From Adineta vaga (taxonomy: Eukaryota > Animalia > Rotifera), in contig CP075496.1 in the NCBI GenBank assembly GCA_021613535.1, positions 248,001 through 312,000 on the forward strand: a stretch of 64,000 nucleotides of DNA, written 5' to 3'. Below are positions 52,170-63,331 of this stretch, one piece after another. The first letter of the stretch is position 1, and every line of letters begins with the position of its first letter. The notes beneath the pieces are model-generated. The model was not told the DNA's origin. It did not search any database and saw only the letters and a list, made by a program, of their open reading frames with translations. The position numbers and the translations under genes are program-made.

Positions 52170-53924
52170 TTATTGATTATACATTAGATCCTGTCGACAT
52201 AACGGACATCTCGGTAATTGTTCTTCTTGCTGATCAGCACAATCATTGCATAAACATTTATGACCACATGAGAACAAAATCACTGAACTCTTGTTTGTTA
52301 AACAAATACAACATCTATCTCCAGTGGTAGTAGCCATAGTTGATGGAGTTGCTGTATTCATTGTGCGTGCAGTTATTGTTTGTGGTTGACGAAGATGTTG
52401 ACTTAAAGGAATATCATCTTTTTGAGCAATATCTAACAAATGTCGATATTCTTCTTCGTATAAAGATTGATCATTGAGAACGAGTATTTCTTGTTGAAAA
52501 TATTCTACTAAACGTGGAAATTGTCGACGCATTGTTTGATATTCGCTCATAATATCAGGTGTAGCTGATGCTTGACGTACTTTCAAATAACGTTTGATAA
52601 ATTTTGTATAACGTACAAGTAAAATAGCTTTGCGTATCCCGGAATGAGTAAATGAATCGATTTCTTTGGAAAATTGTAAGTCTTGTTCATTGCTTTGTGT
52701 TATACCTTCAACAGTATCCCATGATGTATTTATTCGAAATGATTGATCATTTTGATCTTTTTTTAAATCAATCATTTGAAATAAAAGATATCCACCACGT
52801 ACTTCATTTTGATTATTCATTGGTAATGCAAATTCACTAACTAATTTTATTGATTGACGAGGAGTTATTGGCTCTTCGAATTCATAGACTTCTGGTGAAC
52901 CATAACCTTGTCCAATTCGATAACGTTCTCCCATTAATAGAAATTGAATATTAAATCCAACTGGTGTAACTGTATAATGAAATTGTGTATTCATTAATTG
53001 ATCAAATGTTCGAGCATTTCGAACATTACAATAATTGCAACCAATCGTCTTTGATACTGATTGAATTACTTCTGTTCCTAAATCAAGACCAACACCAACA
53101 ACAGTTGACCAGATTCTTTCATTTTCTGCATTATCTTTAATATGTTTTAAAAATTCTTGTCCATCTTCATGTGATACTTCCATATCGGTGAGGAAAAAAA
53201 TTCGACGACTGATTTTGTGATTATTATCTTTTAGATTTGTATTCTTCTCGTCTCGTCTATGATATAGATCAGTTGCACATTTCACTGCCTCAGTAATATT
53301 TGTTCCGCCATCGGCACGTAGTTTTAAGATATCTTTTTCCAATTGCTCTTTATTGATTGACGACACTTTTTCAATGGGATGTAAAACTGTTGCAGTACTA
53401 TTAAAGAGTACAATACCGAGTGCATCATCAGGTGATAGTTGTTTAAGAAGTGTTAATAAAGATTGTTGAGCGATTTGAACTTTTGTTCTACCTGGTTCAC
53501 CTTCGAATCGATCGGACATCGAACCGGAAACATCAAGTGTTATAACAAGTTCGAGTCGAACGTTATTTGAACGAATACCTGGACCATCGTAACAACTGTT
53601 CAAATTCACACTGAGCCAATGTTCAACATTTTGATCACCATTTTCCAATGGATTAATCGTTGTAGCAACACCAAATAATGGTATTAACATGTCTGTTGTT
53701 GTTGCTTGTGCGGTAAAATAATGAGCATAGAATGAACTTTCATAACTGACATCATAAATGACATCAACTGGTGCTGCGGTTGCTAGTTCGTCTTCTGTTA
53801 ATTCTTCTCTTCCTTGTGCTTGGGCTTGAGCTTGTCTTTCCAGAACGTAAGCTTGATAGGCAGCAGTTCGACGAGTTGCTCTACCACCGGTTGATTTGCA
53901 AGCTGTTTGCTGTGTATGACCCAT
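52170..53924 (-). CDS. Intronless protein: histone-H3-tail-like N-terminus, VWA domain, C-terminal RING (C3HC4) finger
   Basis: ATG 53924 gives MGHTQQTACKSTGGRATRR. MIDAS LDVSGSM, GGTN, FLTD. RING CCIC..CGH.C.C..C..CPLCR. Confidence 0.9.
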   Translation of the reverse strand: MGHTQQTACKSTGGRATRRTAAYQAYVLERQAQAQAQGREELTEDELATAAPVDVIYDVSYESSFYAHYFTAQATTTDMLIPLFGVATTINPLENGDQNVEHWLSVNLNSCYDGPGIRSNNVRLELVITLDVSGSMSDRFEGEPGRTKVQIAQQSLLTLLKQLSPDDALGIVLFNSTATVLHPIEKVSSINKEQLEKDILKLRADGGTNITEAVKCATDLYHRRDEKNTNLKDNNHKISRRIFFLTDMEVSHEDGQEFLKHIKDNAENERIWSTVVGVGLDLGTEVIQSVSKTIGCNYCNVRNARTFDQLMNTQFHYTVTPVGFNIQFLLMGERYRIGQGYGSPEVYEFEEPITPRQSIKLVSEFALPMNNQNEVRGGYLLFQMIDLKKDQNDQSFRINTSWDTVEGITQSNEQDLQFSKEIDSFTHSGIRKAILLVRYTKFIKRYLKVRQASATPDIMSEYQTMRRQFPRLVEYFQQEILVLNDQSLYEEEYRHLLDIAQKDDIPLSQHLRQPQTITARTMNTATPSTMATTTGDRCCICLTNKSSVILFSCGHKCLCNDCADQQEEQLPRCPLCRQDLMYNQ

Positions 53925-54224
53925 GTTGGAAGGAAACTGAAACGTCAATGAAAAGAAAAGCAAGTCACCGACGATTAATATAGAGATTTATGTGTGTATT
54001 TTCCCCTCATCATGACATATTATTGCACCATGTTTCATTTATTTGCTCAAGGCAAACAGAGATGGTAATGCAGAATTTCGGTAACGTTGAAATTCTTACG
54101 AAATTACAACAGTCATAGCTTTAAGTGATTATTTTATTATCCTTTTTTATACGACTGGTGGCAATGTAAATAGAATGGCAACAGGGATTTTTGCATGCGC
54201 ACGGCTTCCCTTTCGTCAATTTTT

Positions 54225-54284
54225 TGGGTGTGGGTGTGGGTATGAGTGAAGAAAAGATATCATGACTCACACCCTCACCCTCAA
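54225..54284. repeat. Telomere-repeat palindrome (spacer family A, reverse orientation)
   Basis: TGGGTGTGGGTGTGGGT ATGAGTGAAGAAAAGATATCATGAC TCACACCCTCACCCTCAA. Confidence 0.85.
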
Positions 54285-55240
54285 AAACTGAAAATGAAAT
54301 AAGAAAAGGGTATGTCCTGTTTCACATAATTTTGTCCAAATAATAAATGAAACAACAATATATATATATATATATATACACGAGTTGAGATGATTTCTGT
54401 TTGTTTTTGAAACTCATCGACCGATTGATTAGAATTTAGTATATTTCGTGTAAGAAATAATTCTTTGGCTTTTTCATATAAATTAATGATTTCAATTCAA
54501 CAAAAGAAGAAAAAGAAAAGAATATATTTAAATTATGGATTCTTTTACCTATTCAATTCTAAAATATTCGAATAGAGAATTTTTTGAATTATCATACGTT
54601 TTCTTTTATGAATGTTTCTTTCTTTAGTCATTATTTTAACTATAATTTCATTTATGTTTGTATCAATTATTTTGATGTATATTTTCTTCTCCTTGAGGAT
54701 GTGGGATTCGCCTTCTTCAAATCTGCTCAGTGAATGACGGCAAAAATTGAACACGACACTGTTTTTGATCATTAGTTAACTGTTGTGGCATCCACCGAGC
54801 ACACATTTTGCGTACCTATAAATAACCATGTATGATGGAATTAATTGCTGTGGCACTGATACCCAAAATGCTCTCTCTTTGTTGGTATGTCGAATGGGAA
54901 TCTTGTTCAATTATATAATTCTTTCAATTTTTCTATCTCGTAGGAAGATTCAGAATAGCACTCGGTGAGATTTTGAAAATATCTCAAAGCATCTTGAATG
55001 CTAAATATGAACGTGTGAAAGAAGTGTGAATTTGCTTTTATTCTTATAAAAGCTCTGATAGTTTTGAAACAAAATTAATGTAAGTCGAACATAATCAGTT
55101 CAGTTAAACTAGTGGAATCATATCCATCATTATCGTATTTTCACTGAATGATGCCGATAGTTGATCAAGATTTATTTTCAGAATCAAGAAAAAACAATTA
55201 TTCATTTCTATAAGACAGAACGTAATCAATTTTATAGAGT

Positions 55241-56411
55241 TCATTGGAATGCTTTAATGTTATTTTCCAGCCATTGTTCGAGTGTACGTAAGGGTCTGTT
55301 GATAAGAATAGCTAGCTGTGGAGTAACATTTCCTCCTGAACCATTAAGAAAGAGCGATATCACATCATATATATACGAATGAGTCAACCCAAAACCAGTG
55401 TACGCTTTGTAAAAATCTTCAATCGATTGTTGTTCGTGAATGATAGGTTTACCAAGGACTTTCGTGAAGACAGCTGCTCGTTGTTCGTTGCTCAAAACTT
55501 CACCACCTATTTCGTAGATATATCGATCATGCTTTTCGACCGGTTCTGTCAGAATGACGACGGCACAGTCGTATACATCTGTAAATAAGAAAGAAAGTTT
55601 TAGTATAATCTTTAACAAATTGACAAAGTATGAAACAAATACAAATAAACTGAAATAATGCGTTTCTGTTTTAAGATGTCTGTGAAAAATGTTTGTCTAT
55701 GCCATGAGATCGCTATCAAAGTAATAAATGGCCCCGGAGTCATGTTGGACATAAGATTCTTCAAAATACTTATGTTTATATTCTTTACTTCGAACATTAG
55801 TGTTAAACGGAGAATTTTGACTCACCTTGCGGATCAACCCATGTGGTCAACGCTGAAGGAGGACCACATGAGACAAGTTTGCTTGTATTTTTAACATTGT
55901 GAGTATCACCCGTAAAAAAGTGATTGGTCATGAAAACGGCAGGACGAAGCACAACAAGTGAACGTTGTTCAGGATTCTCTTCAGCGAGCGTCCACAATTT
56001 CTCTTCAGCTGTTGTATTTATGTATCCAATAATGCCTTGCTTGCCATTCGTGCGAACAGTAAATGAAGAGAGATCAACAATTTGTCGGACACCTTGTTCG
56101 AAAGCAATCTTACCGAAAATTTCTTTATTTTGACTCTTTACTGCTGGATTCTTGTCATCATCGACTAGAAGAATGAAAAGACGAGTGTGTCCTTGAATAA
56201 CTTTTGTGTACAAATCGATAGACGAATAAGTACCAACGACAATTGTCAGATGACCGGTGACCAATTCATCTTTGAACAGATCTTTCGCTTTCTGTTCGTC
56301 TCGCACGTATGCTGTTGTATCGATTTGTTTTTTAACTAGACCACGAACAATTCCACTTCCAATGTTTCCACTTGCCCCGATAACAAATACACGTTCTTTG
56401 CTTGATGACAT
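55241..56411 (-). CDS. NmrA-like atypical SDR / NAD(P)-binding protein
   Basis: GASGNIG Rossmann motif, LRPAVFMTN, VDP.D. Exons 56411-55826 and 55578-55241. Confidence 0.9.
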
Positions 56412-57278
56412 GTTAAAAATAATACTAAAAGAAAGAAAAAAAAGTCGGTCATTTTTATATGGTGACAGATAAACGCAAAAACGAGATATAACTTGTGTAC
56501 AATGAAGAATGCAAAGAAAATATTGATAAAACAACATGATTACTTTATGAATGTAAAACTACGGTAGCATGATATCTACAATAATGGTCAAGATCATAGA
56601 CTGGTTAATAGCGCACTTAAACTTTCAGAAATAGTTTTGTCGATTGAAAACCTTCCTCATAGATCGAGGATCGCTGGCTGCTTCTATTATATAGAAAAAG
56701 CAATTTATTTTACATTTATTCTTGATATTTTAATCAGTAAAAGAACATAATATCTTTTGAAATGTTTTACAACTAAGCTGCACATTGAGCAAATGCAAAA
56801 TTAATAACATCTTTTTTAATAATCGAAGTACATTATCTCGATTATGAAAGATGAACTACAGGTTGACATTATTTCATCTATTAATGAATAACATCTTCTG
56901 TTTCTCTTTCTATTCTAATCAATTACATAAATCATATTAAAATTCGACTCTTACTAATAATTCAATATCTTGGTAAAAAAGAAAAATTATTTTACATATG
57001 AAATTTCATAAAATAAATGTTCTTGAATCAATGTTCGAGAACTCTTTTAAGTCTCTCTCTCTCATAGTAATCTATAGAATAAAGATATTATATAAAAGGT
57101 TAACTTTTTTTTTCATAAAAAAACGTTCTTTATAGATTAAAAAAAAGTCATAATCTGATCAATTAAAATAAAGAACATATTTACGTCATTGAATTTTATT
57201 TTTATCTGTATTTAACCCTTGACAAGGTTTGGAGTGAATATAAAGATGTTCAACTTACTTAAATATTAATTCATAAAA

Positions 57279-58376
57279 ATGTCAACAAATACAACGACAA
57301 GTAATATTAGTTCATCAACATCATCGAACACAGTGATTATTCTCAATATATTATTAAGACAATATATAATTCATTTACCATTAATATTTATCATTTTTGG
57401 TTTTATTGGATTTATTGGTAATGCTTTAACATATCTTCAATTGGAATTTCGATCGAATTCATGTTGTATATATTCATTATGCAGTTCAATTGCTGATATT
57501 ATAAATCTTATTTATAATTTATTATCAGTTTATTTAAGTGGAGTTTATGGAATATATATACCATGGTTTAGATCACCAAATATTTGCAAATTTTATATTT
57601 TTTTTCTTGGATTTGCACCAAATTTATCAATTAATTTTTTACTTATGTCAATTATTGATCGATATGCTTGTACATGTAGTTTAACATCTCGAATACGTCG
57701 ACTTAATCAGATTAAAATGGTTCCATGGTTGATTTGTATTACGATTCTATTCAGTTTTATTTCATCAATTCGACCTTTAATTCTTTATGAATATCAACTT
57801 GGTAAAGGATGTGTAGCAATACAAACATTATTGAATAATATTCTCTATATTATACTTAATGGTACAATACAACCAGTAACAATGATTATCTTTGTTCTAC
57901 TTACTTTTCGTAATGTTCATATGAGTCGTCAAAGAGTTGTAAGTATAATTTATTCTTTTATAAAATGAATAATCATTTACCTTTTATTTGTTTGTTTATA
58001 GGGAGGAATTGTGTTAACAAAATCTCATCGAACACGAAATCAATTTATTAGTTTGATTTTAGTACAAATATTAATTACAGGTCTATTATCATTACAATGG
58101 ATAATAATGTATACTTATTATGCGATTCCTGTTACCGTTCCAAGAACATCGGAACAACAAACAATTATTAGTTTTGTTTATAGTTTAACAAATTATTGTT
58201 ATTATTTAAACAATGTTAAATCATTTTATCTATCAATAGCAACATCAGGTTTATTTCGTCAAACATTTATGAAAGGATTAATAAGATTATTGCCAAGACA
58301 TCAACGTCAACGATGGCAGCTAACTCAAACAAATCTTCATATGATGACTTTAACTAAAATAAATCCTCAACGTTGA
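57279..58376 (+). CDS. Class A (rhodopsin-like) 7TM GPCR
   Basis: GN in TM1, D in TM2, C...IDRY in TM3. One intron at ~57939-58001. Seven hydrophobic segments. Confidence 0.88.
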
Positions 58377-58752
58377 ACGTGACGTACAGAAAAAAAACGT
58401 GTATTACTCTCATTTTATGTTGTTCGTATCGTCAATTATTCAGAGCGGATTTGTCTTTTCATCGTACTCATTTATACCCTCATCTTCAATAAATAATTAT
58501 CTGACTTACTAGCTTTAAAAAAAAAGGAAAAGATTAATTAAGATAGACCCTGGAATTCACTGCAAATGGATACATAAAAATATTAAGTTTTACTTTTCTC
58601 TTGATAATAAATTCAAATACATTATAGGAACATTCATATTGACCTTCGTTTTTCTAATTTATTTACAATCGTCATTCGAAACTATTTGTTGATATGTACA
58701 TAGCGATATCCAAAAGCAGTGGCAATGACATTTTACGACCACTTAATAAGCC

Positions 58753-58770
58753 TGGGTGTGGGTGTGAATG
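58753..58770. repeat. Half telomere-repeat palindrome (G-rich arm)
   Basis: TGGGTGTGGGTGTGAATGT. Confidence 0.6.
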
Positions 58771-59328
58771 TATTCTCGATAGATAAAGTTTTAGGTCCGA
58801 GCTGAAATGGAGATAGAGCTGGGGCGAGAACTGTTAGAAAACGGTTAGATATGAGATGCTATGCCAGTATAGTTTTTTCTATCTCAGATATGCACGACGG
58901 GATCTGTTGTGGTAGCAGATGAAAATTTTCAAGCACAACTCCTTCTGCATCTTCTGTCGATTTCTGGCATATAAAGTTTCTTGACTGGAAGGTTCTGAGC
59001 CAACATCGGGTACCGTCGCTAGGAATTTATATTTTAAATAGATAAAAAAAAACAATTACCTGTTATGATAGAAGTAGTTGTGAAAAAGTTATATTGTACT
59101 CATATTCACACATAATAAAATAGAACATTTGAAATTTGATTTTTTTAATATTTCTCAGTATTGTATTACTTTTTCTCGGACTTAGAACATCTATTGAATG
59201 CATTTAGGAAGAAGAGAATATATTTTTAAAAAAACTTTGAAATATTCATAGAAGATCTCGAATGAATATGGGAAAAATGAGATTAGTTTTCTCACACTAA
59301 CAGAGTGTGAGTACACAGAATTGTTCAC

Positions 59329-59727
59329 TTAGTTAAAGATAGTGTTACATTTAAGACCATTAATACGTTGTTGGTTCAAAGATACAAGATTGAAATCTAA
59401 CAAACAACATTTTGGATTATCACATATATGTGATTTGTACCACCATTGTGATTCAGGTAGAAGACCAGGATGATTATCTGTCACACGCAACAATATTCCT
59501 GTGCAAACAATCGTTGAATCAGAGTCATTGAAATCCACGATACTTTTATTTTGATTATCAATCAACCATTCAATGATGCTATTGTCAATATTAGGATCAA
59601 TAGTTGTACCAGCCGCCTTTAATGTTTGTGCAGCTATCACCTTAATTTTACTTGGATGAACACGACACTGTAACACATATTGAATATATTTACTACGGCT
59701 TGAAAACTTCTTTCCATGCGATGAATC
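59329..59727 (-). pseudogene. 5'-truncated C-terminal fragment of a PARP-like/NEURL4-type ART domain gene
   Basis: YIQYVLQCRVHP..IK....TL.....IDPNIDNSIIEW. The upstream part is replaced by a telomere-palindrome fragment. Confidence 0.5.
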
Positions 59728-59730
59728 AAG

Positions 59731-59758
59731 GTTAGACAGATTTAGTACACACACCCAC
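59731..59758. repeat. Half telomere-repeat palindrome (spacer family B + C-rich arm)
   Basis: GTTAGACAGATTTAGTACACACACCCAC matches 62301 GTTAGACAGATGTAGTACCCATACCCAC. Confidence 0.7.
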
Positions 59759-59955
59759 TTAATAATAAAAATAAACATAATATAATACGTGAGAGTAACA
59801 TTCTTTGATTTCCATTTAATGATTCTCAATGTTTTAGAGTATACCGATTCACTCTTTCAGTAGTTTCTATAACTGTTTTAAAAATTAGTTTGATATTTTA
59901 AGAGAAAAAAAATCACAAAACAAAAGAGAAAAGACGAAGTTTTTTTTCCCATAAA

Positions 59956-61833
59956 TTACCATAGTTCTAAATCGCATTGATAGGACATAAGATGATCATT
60001 TATTTTGGTTATTTTCTTTACTGTTAATAAACTAAAACAGTTTAATAAAACTTCATCTTCCGTTTGATAATGGGATAGTGAAGAAACACTTTTTGGTTTA
60101 TTTAATTGTGTACAATCAGCAGAAATTTGCAAGAGAACACCTTTTTTGCCAACAAACAATTGGGCTTGATCTTTATTTAAACTTGTTGATGTAAAAGCTG
60201 GAAAAACAATCGTATCATTAATTTTGAATTTTTTTAAAAATTCTTCAAAATTCTTTGTATTATTCAAATTTAATCCTCGATACAATTTAACATTTTTTAT
60301 ATTTGGTATAATATTAGATGTATCTAAATATTTAATTAAAGAATATCTTAATGTTTTAATATAATCTTGAATTAATAAAATTAATTCTTCATCTAATAAA
60401 TTGAGAATATCATTAATTATTTTATAATAAAAAGGTTTTCCACTTGTATAAAGACGTATAATATTTTTTTCTGCTTCAGGTTTTTGTAAAGCTTCGATAA
60501 ATTTTTGTGCACATAAAAATAAATTTTCAATTTGAAAATGATCTGAAAAAATATTTTTTGATTTTAATAAATTATGTAATTGTTTCATTAGATTTTGATG
60601 ATAATCAATATTTAAATTAATATCAGAAAAGTTTTTTATTATAAAACTATTTTCTTTTGTTGATAAAAAATAATTTTGATTTTTTAATTTTAAATGAATA
60701 TCTTCATATGAAAATCCATAATTTAAAAAATAAATTTCTCCATTTTGAATATTTTCAATTTTTTCAATAACTTCATTAAATGAATTAGTAACAAGTAAAA
60801 CTTTTTTATATTGTTCTGCCCAAGTTTGATGATATTCAATTGCTGAACAATAAATAATAATACCTTTTATATGAAAATAATATCCAATTTGAGAAATAAT
60901 ATCTTTTCCAGATGAACCTGATGTTATTAAAATAAGATTATTCAAAATATTAGATTTAATAAATTTTATTAATTGATTTGTTTCATTAAATTGTTTAATT
61001 TGATAATTTTCTGTTGAAAATCTTTGTTTTAATATATCTATACAATTTTGATTTGATTTATTTTCAATTTGTTGATCATACCAAATAATACTAATTGGTA
61101 ATGTTTGTCCATTTATCATATCATGATATAATTTCTTTTCAAAACTTTCAAAATAATGATTTAAATTTTGTATTTGTTCACTTTTCTTATTTTTAATAAT
61201 TTCCATATGATCCCTTAATTTTTCATCTAATTCTTTTAATTTCTGATTAAATATAAGTTCACTTCCTCCAGCACTAATAAGAGCTCCTAATCCAAGTGTA
61301 GCAACACCAAACATTGATCCACCAGCAAAAAGAGTAATAATTGCAGCCATCATAGTTCCAATGCCAATAGACGAAAAAATTGATATTAATAAAACTTGAT
61401 GAGAGAAAGTTTTTGCTAACGAATCAATTTTACTGAATAATTCATGTAAGTGTTGTTTCATTTCTTGTGCATTGATTGTTGATGCAAGTTGATCAAGTAA
61501 ATTAAAAAGAATTTCTTTTGCATTCTTTTTTTGTTCTTCAATTTCGTTTAAAATCTGTTGAATATTTTTATCAAATTGTTCTTGAATATCAGTTATTGTT
61601 GATTTAAGATTACTAATTTGATAGATATTTGAATGATACCATGAATGTCGATTTTGTAAAATATTTATTTCTTTGAGAGTTTCTTGTAAACCTTCGATTG
61701 ATTTATCGAACAAATTTCTCACTAACTTTTCAAATATTTTTCGTTGTTCTTTCGATAATCCCAATAATTTATTGTAAATCTAAAACAAAATCTTTAGAAT
61801 AAGATTGTTTGTTAATATTTAACTTACATCCAT
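59956..61833 (-). CDS. Coiled coil, Gly-rich hydrophobic hairpin, receiver-like domain and R-S-E mono-ADP-ribosyltransferase
   Basis: 6-bp first exon ATGGAT, intron 61827-61780, then the long ORF. IIWYD..LITSGSSG..IIIYC; ART LYRGL, FTSTS, EDEVLL. Confidence 0.85.
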
Positions 61834-62288
61834 AGAATGAGATATAATATTTTGAAATCAGTAGAATGCGTTATTATTTATCTACGAATAAAAATTGCAC
61901 ATTTATTTAATAAAAGTTTCGTAGAAGGATAATACTACAAAAAATAGAATTGTATTGTGAAATATATCTCTCAATATAGTTATTTATGTACTTGTACGAC
62001 TTTATTAAAAGCGACATGTTCTATTCAGTTTGAATAGGAAAAAACCTTTATACGGCAAATAGATATACAGAGAGATAGAAATAAATTCGCAGGAAGGACA
62101 AAAAAATAAAGATCCATATGTGTACCATGTGCGTCATTTCCATGCAATGAGATATAAGAAGAAAAACAGTACGATTACGCACTGAAGAGAGCGTAAGTCT
62201 ATGCTGTCGCAGTGTTTTAATTTTATTTTCTCTATTGACTTTCAAGTTAAGCTCACAAAACGTGCCGCTATTTATCACAATCGAATAA

Positions 62289-62658
62289 GTGTGTGTGGGT
62301 GTTAGACAGATGTAGTACCCATACCCACACCCACACCCACCCAAGGGGAAAAAAGCGGATCCTGGATCCTCAGAGATCCTAGATCTTTTTTCTTCGTTAA
62401 TAACTCTGTGGTAGAGAATGGCTACTAGTGCAATCTTAGTAGCAAATCGGACTCATTATATTAATGTAGAGAAAAGAGAAAAAAACGAGTTTTTTCATAT
62501 GTTAGGCTCTCTGAGGATCTCTAAAATCCATGAGGATCCCTACGATCCAGGATCCGCTTTTCCCCCTTTGCAGTCTCCGTATTCAGTCAGTCAAAATAAA
62601 TCATTGAGGATGTTGGTGTGGGTACTACATTTGTCTAATACCCACACCCACACCCTTC
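62289..62658. repeat. Inverted pair of telomere-repeat palindromes (62289-62341 and 62604-62658, spacer family B)
   Basis: Spacers TAGACAGATGTAGT (62303-62316) and ACTACATTTGTCTA (62624-62637) are reverse complements with 1 mismatch. Confidence 0.85.
62342..62570. mobile_element. MITE of the same family as 26989-27119
   Basis: CAAGGGGAAAAAAGCGGATCCTGGATC ... GATCCAGGATCCGCTTTTCCCCCTTTG. Confidence 0.8.
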
Positions 62659-63331
62659 TAATTCGAATTTTAATTTAAAACTTTGTACAGATGAAGATCT
62701 CAATGAGAATAATTTATTGTAAAACTTTCAACTTTGTACCCATATCTTTGCAGAGGAAGAAGCGTTAGGTCTGAAACTTTCACAATAAACTATTCTCATC
62801 AAGATCGTCATCTCTACAAAGTTTTAAAGTAAAATTTAAAAATGAGTTTTTTTTACGAACTCTCTTAGAATTTGCATCTATACTATAAACTGTACCCATT
62901 GTAAGTTTTGAAGATAAGGTGTTGCGTGAATTCCGTTTATTAATGAACAACAACAAGAGAGAAAGAAACACACGTATATAGATAAGATATAAAGAGAAGA
63001 ACTAGATAGCGCGAAGTGTACGAAAGAGAACGAGATACATGCACGTATATGTATTGGAGAATTCCTTTGTATATGTATAGTGACATGAATAGAGAAAAAC
63101 TCCAATATAAATATTTCGGAATTGTCTACACTAACACCTATCAGAAAAATATGAGCACAGATAGGAGATGTCACCTCAGATGTTTCCCTTGTGCGTATAC
63201 AATACAAGTATAGTGCATGATATGTTTATAAATGTGAATAATTGAATGTTTGTAAAAAGAAATTTAAGAATGTGTTTTCTAATTAGATTTAAATAAATAG
63301 AAATTCACTCAGTAGTTTTTCAAAAGAAGAT

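Noticed and set aside
3023-62658. Palindromes as independent telomere-telomere fusion scars
   Set aside because: The orientation fits, but shared spacers and shared outer ends (ATCTTGAGGG/CCCTCAAGAT) indicate copying from common ancestors. Kept only as a possible origin.
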